DNA of 64,000 bases, taken from positions 1,676,001 through 1,740,000 of the forward strand of contig JASTWF010000033.1 in the NCBI GenBank assembly GCA_030390025.1, written 5' to 3'. Origin of the DNA: Squalus acanthias (taxonomy: Eukaryota). Shown here one piece after another: positions 1 to 11,759 of this stretch. Each line of letters begins with the position of its first letter. Within the stretch, counting starts at the first letter, position 1. A model generated the notes under the pieces. That model searched no databases. It was given only the letters and a program-made list of their open reading frames with translations, and was not told the origin of the DNA. The position numbers and the translations under genes are program-made.

Positions 1-510
1 TCATGGCTGATCTGATCTATGCCTCAACTCCACTTTCCTGCCCGCTCCCCATAACCCTCGACTCCCCTGTTTTTCAAAAATCTGTCCATCTCCACCTTGA
101 ATATATTCAATGACTCAGCCTCCACAGCTCTCTGGGGTAGAGAATTCCACAGATTCACGACCCTCTGAGAAGAAATTCATCCTCATCTCCGTTTTAAATG
201 GGTGACCCCTTATTCTGAAACTATGCCCCCTCGTTCTAGATTCCCCCATGAGGGGAAACATCCTCTCTGCATCGACCCTGTCAAGCCCCCTCAGAATCTT
301 ATGTTTCAATAAGATCACCTCATTCTTCTAAACTCCAATGAGTATCGGCCCAACCTGCTCAACCTTTCCTCATAAGACAACCCCTTCAACTGAAGAATCA
401 ACCTCGTGAAGCTTCTCTGAACTGCCTCCAATGCAAGTGTATCCCTCCTTCAATAAGGAGAGTGAAACTGTCCGCAGTACTCCAGGTGTGGTCTCACTAA
501 CGCCCTGTGC
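1..510 (-). mobile_element. CR1 LINE 3' fragment (ORF2 C-terminus and 3'UTR), degenerate
   Basis: Minus-strand translation ...KILRGLDRVDAERMFPLMGESRTRGHS...FKTEMR..NFF matches the CR1 ORF2 C-terminus seen intact at 16856-19666. Confidence 0.9.
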
Positions 511-558
511 AGTGGTTCCCAGCAGTTACTTTTCTTCAGTAATGTTCTCGATCACAAT

Positions 559-660
559 GTTCTGACGAAAGGTCATCGACCTGAAACGTTAACTCTGTTT
601 CTCTCTTCACAGATGCTGCCTGACCTGCTGAGTCTCTCCAGCATTTTTTGTTTTTATTTC
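559..660 (+). mobile_element. Penelope-like terminal fragment carrying a minimal hammerhead motif (559-593)
   Basis: gtt-CTGACGA-a-aggtc-atc-gacct-GAAA-cg-tt-aac; near-identical ~100-bp copy on the minus strand at 24944-25046. Confidence 0.7.
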
Positions 661-679
661 TCTATCACTAAACGGCCCC

Positions 680-1260
680 CTGCTGTTAATGATGTTATTT
701 CTTATAGTTTCACAATTACACGTATAAGCATCACACATTATAATGTAATCTATTCTGTTACTCACTGTGGTTTAAGCTGACATTGTGGTTAGTAACAGAC
801 AGAACCTGTTCTTTCCCCTGATCTGATTACAGACTCCAACATGTCGATTCAGTGAATGGAATGTCTTACCAGTGTTGCCATGATGACCTGTCTGCAGTGA
901 AAGGCCTGTTTGAGTTTCTAACTGAGATTAAACTTCTCTCTCCCACAATACACATTATATCAGACATTTAATGTCAATGTATTTTAGCCATGTTATGTTA
1001 ATATCTTTAAAATCTGCCGGGAGATCAGATACACAAATCTTTAAAAGTTGGAGGACAAGTTTATAAAGTGGTTTAAAAATGTTACCCGAGGTTTTTTATA
1101 AATGGGGCGCAGAAAACAAAACCATCGGTTCGGCTGCAGTTAGAACAAGTTTTGAGCATCTTCCACTAGGAAGGATGTCGGGGCCACAGAGAGGCTGCAG
1201 AATCAATTCACTGAGGTTATACCACGGATGAGAGGCTTTAGTTATCAGAGAATCAGAGAA
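680..1260. repeat. Low-copy dispersed segment X (copy 1)
   Basis: Highly similar direct copy at 3047-3608, more diverged copy at about 47365-47850, fragments at 3917-3975 and 60505-60620. Confidence 0.85.
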
Positions 1261-2895
1261 GATAGGAGCAGGAGTTGGCCATTCGACCCCTCGAGCCTGC
1301 TCCGCCATTTAATGAGATCATGGCTGATCATCCAAATTCAGTACCCTGTCCCTGCTTTCTCCCCATATCCCTTTAGCCTTTGGAAATATATCTAACTCCT
1401 TCTTGAATATATTTAATGAATTGGCCTCGACTGCCTTCTGTGGTAGAGAATTCCACAGGTTCACCACTCTCTGGGTGAAGAAATTCCTCCTCATCTCTGT
1501 CCTAAATGGTTTAGCCCTTATCCTTAGACTGTGACCTCTGGTTCTGGACTCCCCCGCCATCGGGAACAGCCTTCCTGCATCTAGTCTGTCTAGTCCTGTT
1601 AGAATTTTATAAGTTTCAATGAAATCCCCTCTCATTCTTCTAAACTCTAGCGAATTTAAGCCTAATCGACCCAATCTCTCTTCATACGTCATTCCTGCCA
1701 TCCCAGGTATCAGTCTGGTGAATCTTCGCTGCACTCCCTCCATGGCAAGAACATCCTTCCTCAGATAAGGCGACCAAAACTGCACACAATGCTCAAGGTG
1801 TGATCTCACCAAGGCCCTGTACAACTGCAGCAAGACATCCTTGTTCCTGTACTCGAATTATCTCGCTATGAAGGCCAACATATCATTTGCCTTCTTAACC
1901 GCCTGCTGCACCTGCATGCTTACCTTCAGCGACTGGTGCACAAGGACACCCAGGTCTCGTTGCACTTCCCCTTTTCCCAATCTATTGCTGTTCAGTTAAT
2001 AATCTGTCTTCCTGTTTTTGCCACCAAAGAGGATAACCTCGCATTTATCCACATTATACTGCATCTGCCATGCATCTGCCCAATCACCCAACCTGTCCAA
2101 ATCATCCTGGAGTTTCTCGGCATCCTCCTCACAGCACACACGCCCACCCAGCTTTGTGTCGTCTGCAAACTTGGAGATATTACATCTAGTTCCCTTGTCT
2201 AGATCATTAATATATATTGTGAATAGCTGGGGTCCTAGCACCGATCCCTGTGGTACCTCACTAGTCACTGCCTGCCACTCTGAAAAAGACCCGTTTATTC
2301 CAACTCTTTGCTTCCTGTCTGCCAACCAGTTCTCTATCCAAGTCAATACCTTACCCCCAATCCCATGTGCTTTAACTTTGCACGCTAATCTCTTATGCGG
2401 GACCTTATCGAAAGCCTTCTGAAAGTCCAAATACACCACATCCACTGGTTCTCCCTTATCTATTCTACCAGTTACATCCTCAAAAAATTCCAGTAGATTA
2501 GTCAAGCATGATTTACCTTTTGTAAATCCATGTTGACTTTGTCCGATCCTGTCACTGTTTTCCAAGTGCTCTGATATTACATCTTTTATAATGGACTCCA
2601 GCATTTTCCCCACTACCGATGTGAGGCTTACCGGTCTATAATTCCCTGTTTTTTCTCTACCACCTTTTTTAAATAGTGGGGTTACATTAGCTACCCTCCA
2701 ATCCATGGGAACTGTTCCAGAGTCTATAGAATTTTGGAAGATGACCAGCAATGCATCTACTATTTCTAGGGCCATTTCCTTAAGTACCCTAGGATGTAGA
2801 TTATCAGGCCTTGGGGATTTATCGGCATTCAATCCCATCAACTTCCCTAACACCATTTCCCTACAAATACTGATTCATTCAGTTCCTCCCTCTCA
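1261..2895 (-). mobile_element. CR1 LINE, 5'-truncated (RT domain, C-terminus, 3'UTR), frameshifted
   Basis: ORFs 1996-2856 ([32 protein letters not shown]) and 1318-1833; CR1 3' hairpin at 1262-1330. Confidence 0.95.
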
Positions 2896-2899
2896 TTAG

Positions 2900-3045
2900 A
2901 CCCTCTCATAGAATGAGAGATTGTGTAGAATGGGCCTATACTCTCTGGAGTTTAGAAGAATGAGAGGTGATCTCATTGAAACATACAAGATTCTGAAGGG
3001 GATTGACAGGGTAGATGCTGAGAGGTTGTTTCCCCTGGCTGGAGT
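2900..3045 (+). mobile_element. Short CR1 ORF2 fragment
   Basis: Reads [43 protein letters not shown] on the + strand. Confidence 0.85.
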
Positions 3046-3046
3046 A

Positions 3047-3608
3047 TTAATGATGTTATCTCTTATAGTTTCACAATTACACGTATAAACATCACACATT
3101 ATAATCTAATCTATTACTCACTCTGGTTTAAGCTGATATTGGAACAGACAGAACCTGTTCTTTCCCCTGATCTGATTAGAGTTTCCACCCAGTGGATTCA
3201 GTGAATGGAATGTCTTATCAGTGTTGCCATGGCGACCTGTCTGCAGTGAAGCTCCTGTTTGAGTTTCTAACTCAGATTAAACTTCTCTCTCCCACAATAC
3301 ACATTATATCAGACATTCAATGTCAATGTATTTTAGCCATGTTATGTTAATATCTTTAAAATCTGCCGGGAGATCAGATACACAAATCTTTAAAAGTTGG
3401 AGGACAAGTTTATAAAGTGGTTTAAAAATGTTACCCGAGGTTTTTTATAAATGGGGCGTAGAAAACAAAACCATCGGTTCGGCTGCAGTTAGAACAAGTT
3501 TTGAGCATCTTCCACTAGGAAGGATGTCGGGGCCACAGAGAGGCTGCAGAATCGATTCACTGAGGTTATACCACGGATGAGAGGCTTTAGTTATCAGAGA
3601 ATCAGAGA
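3047..3608. repeat. Low-copy dispersed segment X (copy 2)
   Basis: Direct repeat of 680-1260. Confidence 0.85.
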
Positions 3609-3915
3609 ATGAAACAGCACAAAAGGCTGCCATTCGGCCCATCATCTTTGGGAGAGCGATCCAATTAGTCCCACTCCCCTGCTCTTTCCCCATATTGAGA
3701 GGTCGCACAACACCAGGTTATAGTCCAACAGTTTTATTTGAAATCACAAGTTTTCGGAGCTATCGATCGCCCCTTCCTCAGGTCCCAGTGACTGTTTTCC
3801 CTTCAAATATTTATCAATTCTCTTTTGAAAGTTACTCTTGAATCTGCTTCCACCGCCCTTTCAGGCAGTGCATTTCAGATCATAATAACTCGCTGGGTAA
3901 AGAAATGTTTCCTCA
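3600..3915 (-). mobile_element. Old CR1 3' end interrupted by a Penelope-like fragment (about 3700-3785)
   Basis: CR1 3'UTR motifs (gccattcggccc, tagtcccactcccctgctctttcccc); inserted segment reads ctgagga-a-ggggc..gctcc-gaaa on the minus strand. Confidence 0.65.
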
Positions 3916-4522
3916 TGATGACCTGTCTGCAGTGAAGCGCCTGTTTGAGTTTCGAACTGAGGCGAACTTCTCTTTCCCAGGAGGAGAGACGAGAGAAACT
4001 GGGGCACTTCTCACTCGAACAAAGCAGGGTAAGAGATGTGAGCGAGGTGTTTAAACTGGTTCAAGGACACCGACCAAAATATCAGAGACACTCCGTGTCC
4101 TTCAGGACCTGTGTCCAGGGGAGAAGCTGATGGGTTTATCAGATCATCTTTGGGCAAAATGTTGTGCTCATGGAGCTGAGCCCCTAGTGTCAGCATCAAA
4201 CACTCTCCAGTCGGGTACAGCACGGGTTAGATACAGAGTTAACCCATCAGCCACTCCCCGACACAGATACCGAGGGACAGGGAGTGTCCGGGACAATGAC
4301 ATTTCTCACTCAACAAGGTATAAATTGATCCTGTACCTCTCCCCATTAATCCTGGGCTCCACACGGGGCGAATCATGCTCCTGTTTCCCTTCCTGGAACA
4401 GCACCGAGCTAAACCCAGCCCATAATGAGCAGGGCTCAGGGAGGTTGGTTGCTAGGCACTGCAGTGATGTCATAAAGCAGGGCCATTCAGCCCAGCTGGT
4501 CGTCTCCTTGTCCCTTTAAAGG

Positions 4523-5280
4523 TGGAGAGCCGGGGACACCCTGTCTCAAAACACACCCCACCTGTTCATACTGAGAATCCCCGAGCAAGGCCCAAGGCCC
4601 AGAGTGTGGACACACCCCGGGGGAAAAGAGGAGGAGAGCGGAGACACCCTGTCTCAAAACACACCCCACCTGTTCATACTGAGAATCCCCGGGCAAGGCC
4701 CAAGGCCCAGAGTGTGGACACACCCCGGGGGAAAGAGGAGAGCGGGGACACCCTGTCTCAAAACACACCCAACCTCATCATACTGAGAATCCCCGGGCAA
4801 GGCCCAAGGCCCAGAGTGTGGACACACCCCGGGGAAAAGAGGAGGAGAGCGGGGACACCCTGTCTCAAAACACACCCCACCTGTTCATACTGAGAATCCC
4901 CAGGCAGGGCCCAAGGCCCAGAGTGTGGACACACCCTGGGGAAAAGAGGAGGAGAGCGGGGACACCCTGTCTCAAAACACACCCCACCTGTTCATACTGA
5001 GAATCCCCGGGCAAGGCCCAAGGCCCAGAATGTGGAACACACCCCGGGGAAAAGAGGTGAAGAGCGGGGACACCCTGTCTCAAAACACATCCCACCTGTT
5101 CATACTGAGAATCCCCGGGCAAGGCCCAAGGCCCAGAGTGTGAACACACCCCGGGGGAAAAGAGGAGGAGAGCGGGGACACACTGTCTCAAAACACACCC
5201 CACCTGTTCATACTGAGAATCCCCGGGCAAGGCCCAAGGCCCAGAGTGTGGACACACCCCGGGGGAAAGAGGTGGAGAGA
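4523..5280 (+). repeat. Minisatellite, ~107-bp unit, about 7 copies
   Basis: Unit ggggacaccctgtctcaaaacacaccccacctgttcatactgagaatccccgggcaaggcccaaggcccagagtgtggacacaccccgggg... in tandem. Confidence 0.95.
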
Positions 5281-5607
5281 AGGGGATGAGTAGGGACTGA
5301 GGGACACCAAGCTTCAGTTTTAGAGCCTGTAGACTTCAGGAGGGAAGATTGAGTTCAGTAGTTTTCGGATCCAGGGAGAGAACAAGGAGCAGATGGGGAG
5401 ACTGGTGTGGATTCCAGCACAGTGAGGATGTAGGGGGAGGGAGATTGTGTCGGGCCATGTATTATGGGTGTAGGAGGGACTAGAGAGGAAAGGTCAGAGG
5501 AGCAATTACTGCAGCAGTGTCCATGAATAGTGAGAGAGAGAGAAGGTGGGGTTTAGAGTGGACCATGGGCAGTCTGTTAAACTGTCTGTTCGCTGTGACT
5601 ACACAGG

Positions 5608-6215
5608 ATTACACAGGATATACGGCACAGAAACAGGCCATTCGGCCCAACCAGTCCATGCCGGTGTTTATGCTCCACTCGAGCCTCCTCCCATCTTTCC
5701 CCATCTAACTATCAGCATAACCCTCTATTCCCTTCTCCCTCAGATGCTTGTCTAGCCTCCCCTTAAATGTATCTATGCTATTCGCATCAACCACTCCCTG
5801 TGGTAGCGAGTTCCACATTCTCCCCACTCTGTGGGTAAAGAAGTTTCTCCTGAATTTCCTATTTGAGTTCTTGGTGACTATCTTATATTGATGGCCTCTA
5901 GTTATGCTCTTCCCCACAAGTGGAAACATTCTCTCTGTATCCACTCTGTCAAAACCTTTCATCATTTTAAAGACCTCTATTAGGTCACCCCTCGGCCTTT
6001 TTTCAAGAGAAAAGAGACCCAGCCTGTCCATCCTTTCCTGACAGGTATACCCTCTCATTTCTGGTATCATCCTTGTAAATCTTCTCTGCACCCTCTCCAG
6101 TGCCTCTATATCCTTTTTATAATATGGTGACCAGAATTGTACGCAGTGCTCCAAGTGTGGTCTAACCAAGGTTCGATACAAGTTTAGCATAACTTCCCTA
6201 CTTTTCCATTCTATA
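5608..6215 (-). mobile_element. CR1 LINE 3' fragment
   Basis: ORF 5705-6190 MLNLYRTLVRPHLEHCVQFWSP...; inverted duplicate at 33935-34545. Confidence 0.92.
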
Positions 6216-7519
6216 ACAATTCAATTCTATAACAATCGATCCCAATAATTGAACCCAATAGGTTAAAGTCTGAAGTCCAATTTTGTCAGCACGCTGCGAC
6301 ATTCGATGTCTGCAGATAACGGGAGATAAATTCTTAAAACTGCTGGATCTCTTGCTCTGCCATCAACCTCTTATCAAACTGGAGCTGGCATTGCCTAATA
6401 TGGTCGTCTCTGGCTACTGCACAGTCCAGAGACACAAGTCTGCATTTTCTTCAACACACATCAACAACATTAGAAGCAGGTAAAAACACTGTGGCCTTCC
6501 TGTGGCAGCACAAACCAGTAGTCTCCAGACTTTCCTTATCCCAACATCATATTTCTGATCGAAACATTCTATGATGAAAATATCCAAGGCCAGTTGGTTG
6601 CAAACACCAGCTGTTGCTCAGTGAAATCTCTCTCTCTCTCGCTAATGATACCAACCACATTCTCCCCGATATCGAATGAACTAAACATGAACACCTTTCA
6701 GAAGCTGAATTAACCGAGGTCCATATGCCAACACCCCTCTCATCTTCCATTCACTTCAATTGAAAGGAAACCGACAGATTGGACCAGTCAGGATTTGAAA
6801 GATATTTACAACAGATTCTAGATGTTCTTAGAGTTGGGATCTTTCTCTATTCTGTCCACTCGAGGAGTTAGATAACAGACTTTCTCCTGTGAATATAGAG
6901 CTGGGGTATTGGGCCGTGATGTGTTCACTTGTTCATCTTGTTGACTCTAAACCTTTGCCAATTATTTGATGTGATCTGTTTACTTGTACATATTTTTTAA
7001 AGACACTTGCTGAGTGGATTCAAATTGAAATTGAAAGCAGGTTTGCAGGCGTGATGCTCTATTCACACATCGAAGGTGAGAGAGATGCTGTGGGACACAC
7101 GCTAAGTCCAGTAGCGGAAAGTGATTAACAGACTGGGTTTTGTGTTTCGTGATCCCGGGCGTATTACCGAGACCTTCCCTGGATACCAAGGCTAGGAGAG
7201 GCACTCTGGAAGGTATGGGGAGCTGGGACTTGTCCATGAGAGTAACCGAAGGTACGAGAACTGAAATAATCTCGAGTTAGAAAGGAGAAAAGGCCCACAA
7301 ATGGAGCAGTCGGTAACAGGACATCAATTAGTTTCCTCTTAACTTGAAGACATCAAATATCGACACACTGTGTTATTTCAAATATCAAAATATTAAACTC
7401 CAGCCCAGTTATAGGGGTTATTAACATCAGCAGGAAGAAACTCCACCTGTCAGAATGAAGACGATTCAGTCTGGGATGTAATTAACAGCAGCAATAACAG
7501 CGGAATCCAACCCCTGCAG

Positions 7520-8387
7520 TCACTTGTGAACTCGTTGAAATCTCAGCAGGCTGGATGACTGAGTGAATCCCTTCCCACACTCGGAGCAGGTGAACGGCCT
7601 CTCCCCAGTGTGAACTCGCTGGTGTCTCAGCAGGGTGGATGACCGAGTAAATCCCTTCCCACACTCAGACCAGGTGAACGGCCTCTCCCCGGTGTGAACT
7701 CGCTGGTGTTTCAGCAGCCTGGATGATGAAGGGAATTTCTTCCCACACTCAGAGCAGGTGAATGGCCTCTCCCCGGTGTGAACTCGCTGGTGTGTCAGCA
7801 GGGTGGATGACTGAATGAATCCCTTCCCACACTCAGAGCAGGTGAATGGTCTCTCCCCAGTGTGAACTCGCTGGTGTGTCAGCAAGTCAGGTGATCGAGT
7901 GAATCCCTTCCCATATATGGAGCAGGTGAACGGCCTCTCCCCGGTATGAATGCGATGATGAATTTCCAGCTCAGACGGGTAATTGAATCCCTTCCCACAG
8001 TCCCCACATTTCCATGGTTTCTCCGTGGTGCGGGTGTCACTGTATCTTTCCAGGTTGGACGATCAGTTGAAGTCTTGTCCACACACAGAACACGTGTACG
8101 GTTTCAACCCGCTGTCAATGGTGTGATGTTTTTTCAGGCTGTGTAACTGGTTAAAGCTCTTTCCACAGTCAGTGCACTGGAACACTCTCACTCGGGTGTG
8201 TGTGTCTCGGTGCTTTTCCAGTCACACTGATGTTTGAAATCTTTTCCCACAGACAGAACAGACAAACGTTTCTCCTTCCACATTCAAAGGCCGATGATAT
8301 TCAGGTCCTGAGTAACGAGTGATTGTCAGATTTTGACATGATGTTTGGTTTGAGTTTCCCGTCTGCAAATCCTCCCTTTCTAATACC
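7520..8387 (-). pseudogene. C2H2 zinc-finger gene A (terminal exon); probable pseudogene
   Basis: Acceptor ttttacAG at 8388-8389; frame 8026-7520 holds 6 fingers but begins ACG where paralog E has ATG; three fingers lack a zinc ligand (CSIYG, WSECG, LRFQRVH). Confidence 0.85.
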
Positions 8388-8509
8388 CTGTAAAAGGAGT
8401 TTACAAAATTCATCACTGTAAGTACAGGACAGAAATTCAGAACAGACAATTTTAGTTTCTATCGAACATTCTTTCCTCTCTTCTTCCTCCAAAGCTGTAA
8501 ATCCCCATC

Positions 8510-8951
8510 CCACATGGTGGCATAGTGGTTAGCACTGGTGCCTCACAGCGCCAGGAACCCGGGTTCGAATCTCGCCTCGGGTGACTGTCTGTGTGGAGTT
8601 TGCATATTCTCCCCGTGTCTGCGTGGGTTTCCTCTGGGTGCTCCGGTTTCCTCCCACAGTCCAAAAATGGGCGGGTTAGGTTGATTTGGCTATGATAAAT
8701 TGACCCTTAGTGTTAGGGGGTGATTAAATATGTAGGGTTATAGGGATAGGATGGGATATATTAGGGGGAATTAAATACGTGGGGTTACGGCGATAGGGTG
8801 GGATATGTGTCGGTGCAGGCTCGATGGGGAAAGCAGGGACGGTACTGGATTTGGATGATCAGCCATGATCGTATTGAATGGTGGAGCAGGCTCGACGGGC
8901 CGAATGGCCTGCTCCTGCTCCTCGTTCCTATGTTCCTATGTTCCTATGTTC
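8510..8951 (+). mobile_element. tRNA-derived V-SINE (HE1-like) fused to a CR1 3' end
   Basis: A box tggcatagtgg, B box ggttcgaatc, V-domain gtgtggagtttgcatattctccccgtgtctgcgtgggtttcctc...ccggtttcctcccacagtccaaa; CR1 hairpin and (ttcctatg)n tail; absent from the paralogous intron near 31385. Confidence 0.88.
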
Positions 8952-9021
8952 CTCCTCCCTGTGCTAAAATCCAAACACGTCTCAAGATAGTTTGTCCTCC
9001 GCTCCCAGTTTTCAGTATGAT

Positions 9022-9389
9022 CAGTTCAACACTCACTGGTTCCCCTCCCCTGAAGGTGCCGACTCAGGCTGGGTTCAGTTCTACACTCACTGGTTCCCCT
9101 CCCTCTCCTCCCCTGAAGGTGCTGACTCTGGCTGGGTTCAGTTCTACACTCACTGGTTCCCTCTCCTCTCCTACCCTGAAGGTGCTGACTCTGGCTGGGT
9201 TCAGTTCACTCACTGGTTCTCCTCCCCTGAAGGTGCTGACTCTGGCTGGGTTCAGTTCTACACTCACTGGTACCCCTCCCTCTCCTCCCCTGAAGGTGCT
9301 GACTTTGGCTGGGTTCAGTTCACTCACTGGTTCCCCTCCCTCTCCTCCCCTGAAGGTGCTGACTCTGGCTGGGTTCAGTTCCACTCACC
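9022..9389 (-). repeat. 63-bp intronic minisatellite, about 6 copies
   Basis: Reverse complement of the gtagaactgaacccagccagagtcagcaccttcaggggaggagagggaggggaaccagtgagt unit. Confidence 0.95.
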
Positions 9390-9399
9390 GAGACCCTGA

Positions 9400-9770
9400 A
9401 GCCTCGCCCACGCATGGTTCCGTTAGAAATATTGCCGCGCACGGGCCCCACAGCCCGATGAAGCAAGGCGGAATCCCACAAACTCTGAGCTTTCCTTTAC
9501 AAAGATGGCCGCCGTTAATCTGGGCCTGTTTCCGGTCAAAAGCCTCCAAGCTGCAATCGCGAAACCTGTAGGTTCTGATTCGAGGTTTGCGGCCTACACC
9601 AGGTGTTTATGAAGCTCACCCGCCGGGTACGTTACCTCCCTGCGCCCCGGTGATTCGTAATCGGCGCAAAAAACCGCGACTGCCGCCATCGTCCGCCCGG
9701 CTCTGATCACAGTGACACTGCGCATGCTCCAGCTACAGGCTGGCGCAGGCGCACTGGGCTCCTGGAGAAC
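9400..9770 (-). promoter_or_regulatory. CpG-rich promoter and first exon of ZNF A
   Basis: YY1-like aagatggccgcc at about 9502, NRF1-like tgcgcatgc and gcgcaggcgca at 9718-9753, donor gag|gtaacg at 9635 (minus); homologous to 24597-24940. Confidence 0.65.
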
Positions 9771-9883
9771 ATTGAAAGTCCCAATCAGTGAATGGAGAAT
9801 GAGTTTCTGTGATCCGTGTGAGAGAAAATTCATCAATAATTCACACAGAATCCCAAGTGCACGGGCACTCTGTCATGGTTCAG

Positions 9884-11410
9884 TCCTGGATGTGATTAAT
9901 AACAGAATCCAAACCCCTGCAGTCACCTGTGAACTCACTGGAGTCTCAGCAGGTGGGGTGAATTTCTTCCCACACACAGGATATTGAATCAGCCTCTCTC
10001 CAGTATCAATGCACTGATCGTGCATCAGCTGCTTTGACCTTTGAAAGCTTTTCTCACAGTCAGAGTATTTAAAGCAACTGTTCTCAATGTGGACACTCTG
10101 GAGTGTCAACATTTGGGACAACGGAGTCAATCCCTTCCCACGCGTGAAGTATCTAAACGGTCTCTCTCCGGTGTGACTGTGCTGGTGTGTCAGTAAATGG
10201 GATGATCGATTGAATCACTTTCCACATACAGACCACTGAACGGATTCTCCCCTTTATGAACATGTTCGTGTGCTAATAGGTGAGATGAGTGAGTGAATCT
10301 CTTTCCACACTTAGCTGGTGAACGGCCTCTCCCTGGTGTGACTGTATCCATGAGTTTCCACCTCAGACGGTCAACTCCATTCATTCCCACAGTCCCCACA
10401 TTTACACTGTTGATTCAGGTGGGCGTACGATTCTCACAGGCTAGATGATTGGTTGAAGGTGGGTTCGTGCCACTCAAGTGCCAGGCAATGACTATCTCCA
10501 ACAAGCGAGAGTCTAACCACCACCCCTTGACATTCAACGGCATTGCCATCATCGAATACCCCACCATCAACATCCTGGGGGTCACCATTGACCAGAAACT
10601 TAACTGGACCAACCACATAAATACTGTGGCAACAAGAGCAGGTCAGAGGCTAGGTATTCTGCGGTGAGTGTCTCACCTCCTGACTCCCCAAAGTCTTTCC
10701 ACCATCTACAAGGCACAAGTAAGGAGTGTGATGGAATACTCTCCACTTGCCTGGATGAGTGCAGCTCCAACAACACTCAAGAAGGTCGACACCATCCTGG
10801 ACAATGCAGTCCACTGGATTGGCACCCCATCCACCACCATAAACTTTCACTCCTTCCACCACCAGCGCACCGTGGCTGCAGTGTGTACCATCTACAAGAT
10901 GCACTGCAGCAACTCGCCAAGGCTTCTTCGGCAGCACCTCCCAAACCCACGACCTCTTCCACCTAGAAGGACAAGGGCAGCAGGCACATGGAACACCACC
11001 ACCTCCAAGTTCCCCTCCAAGTCACACACCATCCCGACTGAGAAGAATATCGGCGATCCTTCATCGTCGCTGGGTCAAAATCCTGGAACTCCCTCCCTCA
11101 CAGCACTGTGGGAGAACCATCACCACATGGACTGCAGCGGTTCAAGAATGTGTTTCACCACCACCTTCTCAAAGGCAATTAGGGATGGGCAATAAATGTT
11201 GGCCTTGCCAGCGACTCCCACATCCCATAAACAAATTTTAAAAAATACACAGAACACGTGTCCTGTTTCTCCCGCTGTGATTGGTGCTTTTCCTTCTACA
11301 TCCAAAGGCCGATGATATTCAGGTCCTGATGAAACTGGTCAATCTGTCAGATCTTGAGGCGATATTTTGTTTGAGTTTCCATCAGCAGATCCTCCCCTAC
11401 TGACACTCTG
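9884..11410 (-). pseudogene. Degenerate C2H2 zinc-finger gene B, interrupted by a LINE
   Basis: Decayed fingers (KCGKRFTHSSHLLAHEHVH, YSDCEKSFQRSKQLMHDQ), family acceptor and leader near 11410, family 3'UTR at 9884-9930. Confidence 0.8.
10465..11246 (+). mobile_element. L2/Crack-like LINE 3' fragment
   Basis: ILGVTIDQKLNWTNHI...IYKAQVRSVMEYSPLAW ORF2 C-terminal motifs; tail gggatgggcaataaatgttggccttgccagcgac...A-rich; flanks are contiguous in the paralog near 24330. Confidence 0.85.
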
Positions 11411-11759
11411 AAATGGTGTTTACAAATGTTGTTACTTTAAGTGCAGGATAGAAAGTCAGAACAGACAATTCTAGTTCCTATAGAGCGTTCTGTCCTCTTC
11501 TGCCCCTCCTAAGCTGTAAATTCCCCATTCTACAAACTCTGCCTCCATCCTTACTGTCTAAAATCAACATTCATTGCACTGGGTGGGATTTTGTTTTTCC
11601 CCTTCTCTCCAAAAGGCGCTGAATCCGGCTGGGTGCAATTCCACAGACATTGGTTAACCTCTAGTGCCTCACCGTCAGCCGACTCAGTGAGTGTCAGCAG
11701 CATTTCCCCTGTGGTAGGCATCACAGCCGAGTCCAATCCTGCCCTCAATTGACATCCAT

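Noticed and set aside
6215..7330. Short ORFs conserved between the two inverted arms (MSARCDIR..., MDKSQLPI...) and similar ones at 22470/37998 and 21585/27733
   Set aside because: Conservation is explained by recent duplication; no recognisable domain or splice structure
8510..8585. tRNA-like sequence
   Set aside because: A and B boxes belong to a SINE head; no full cloverleaf
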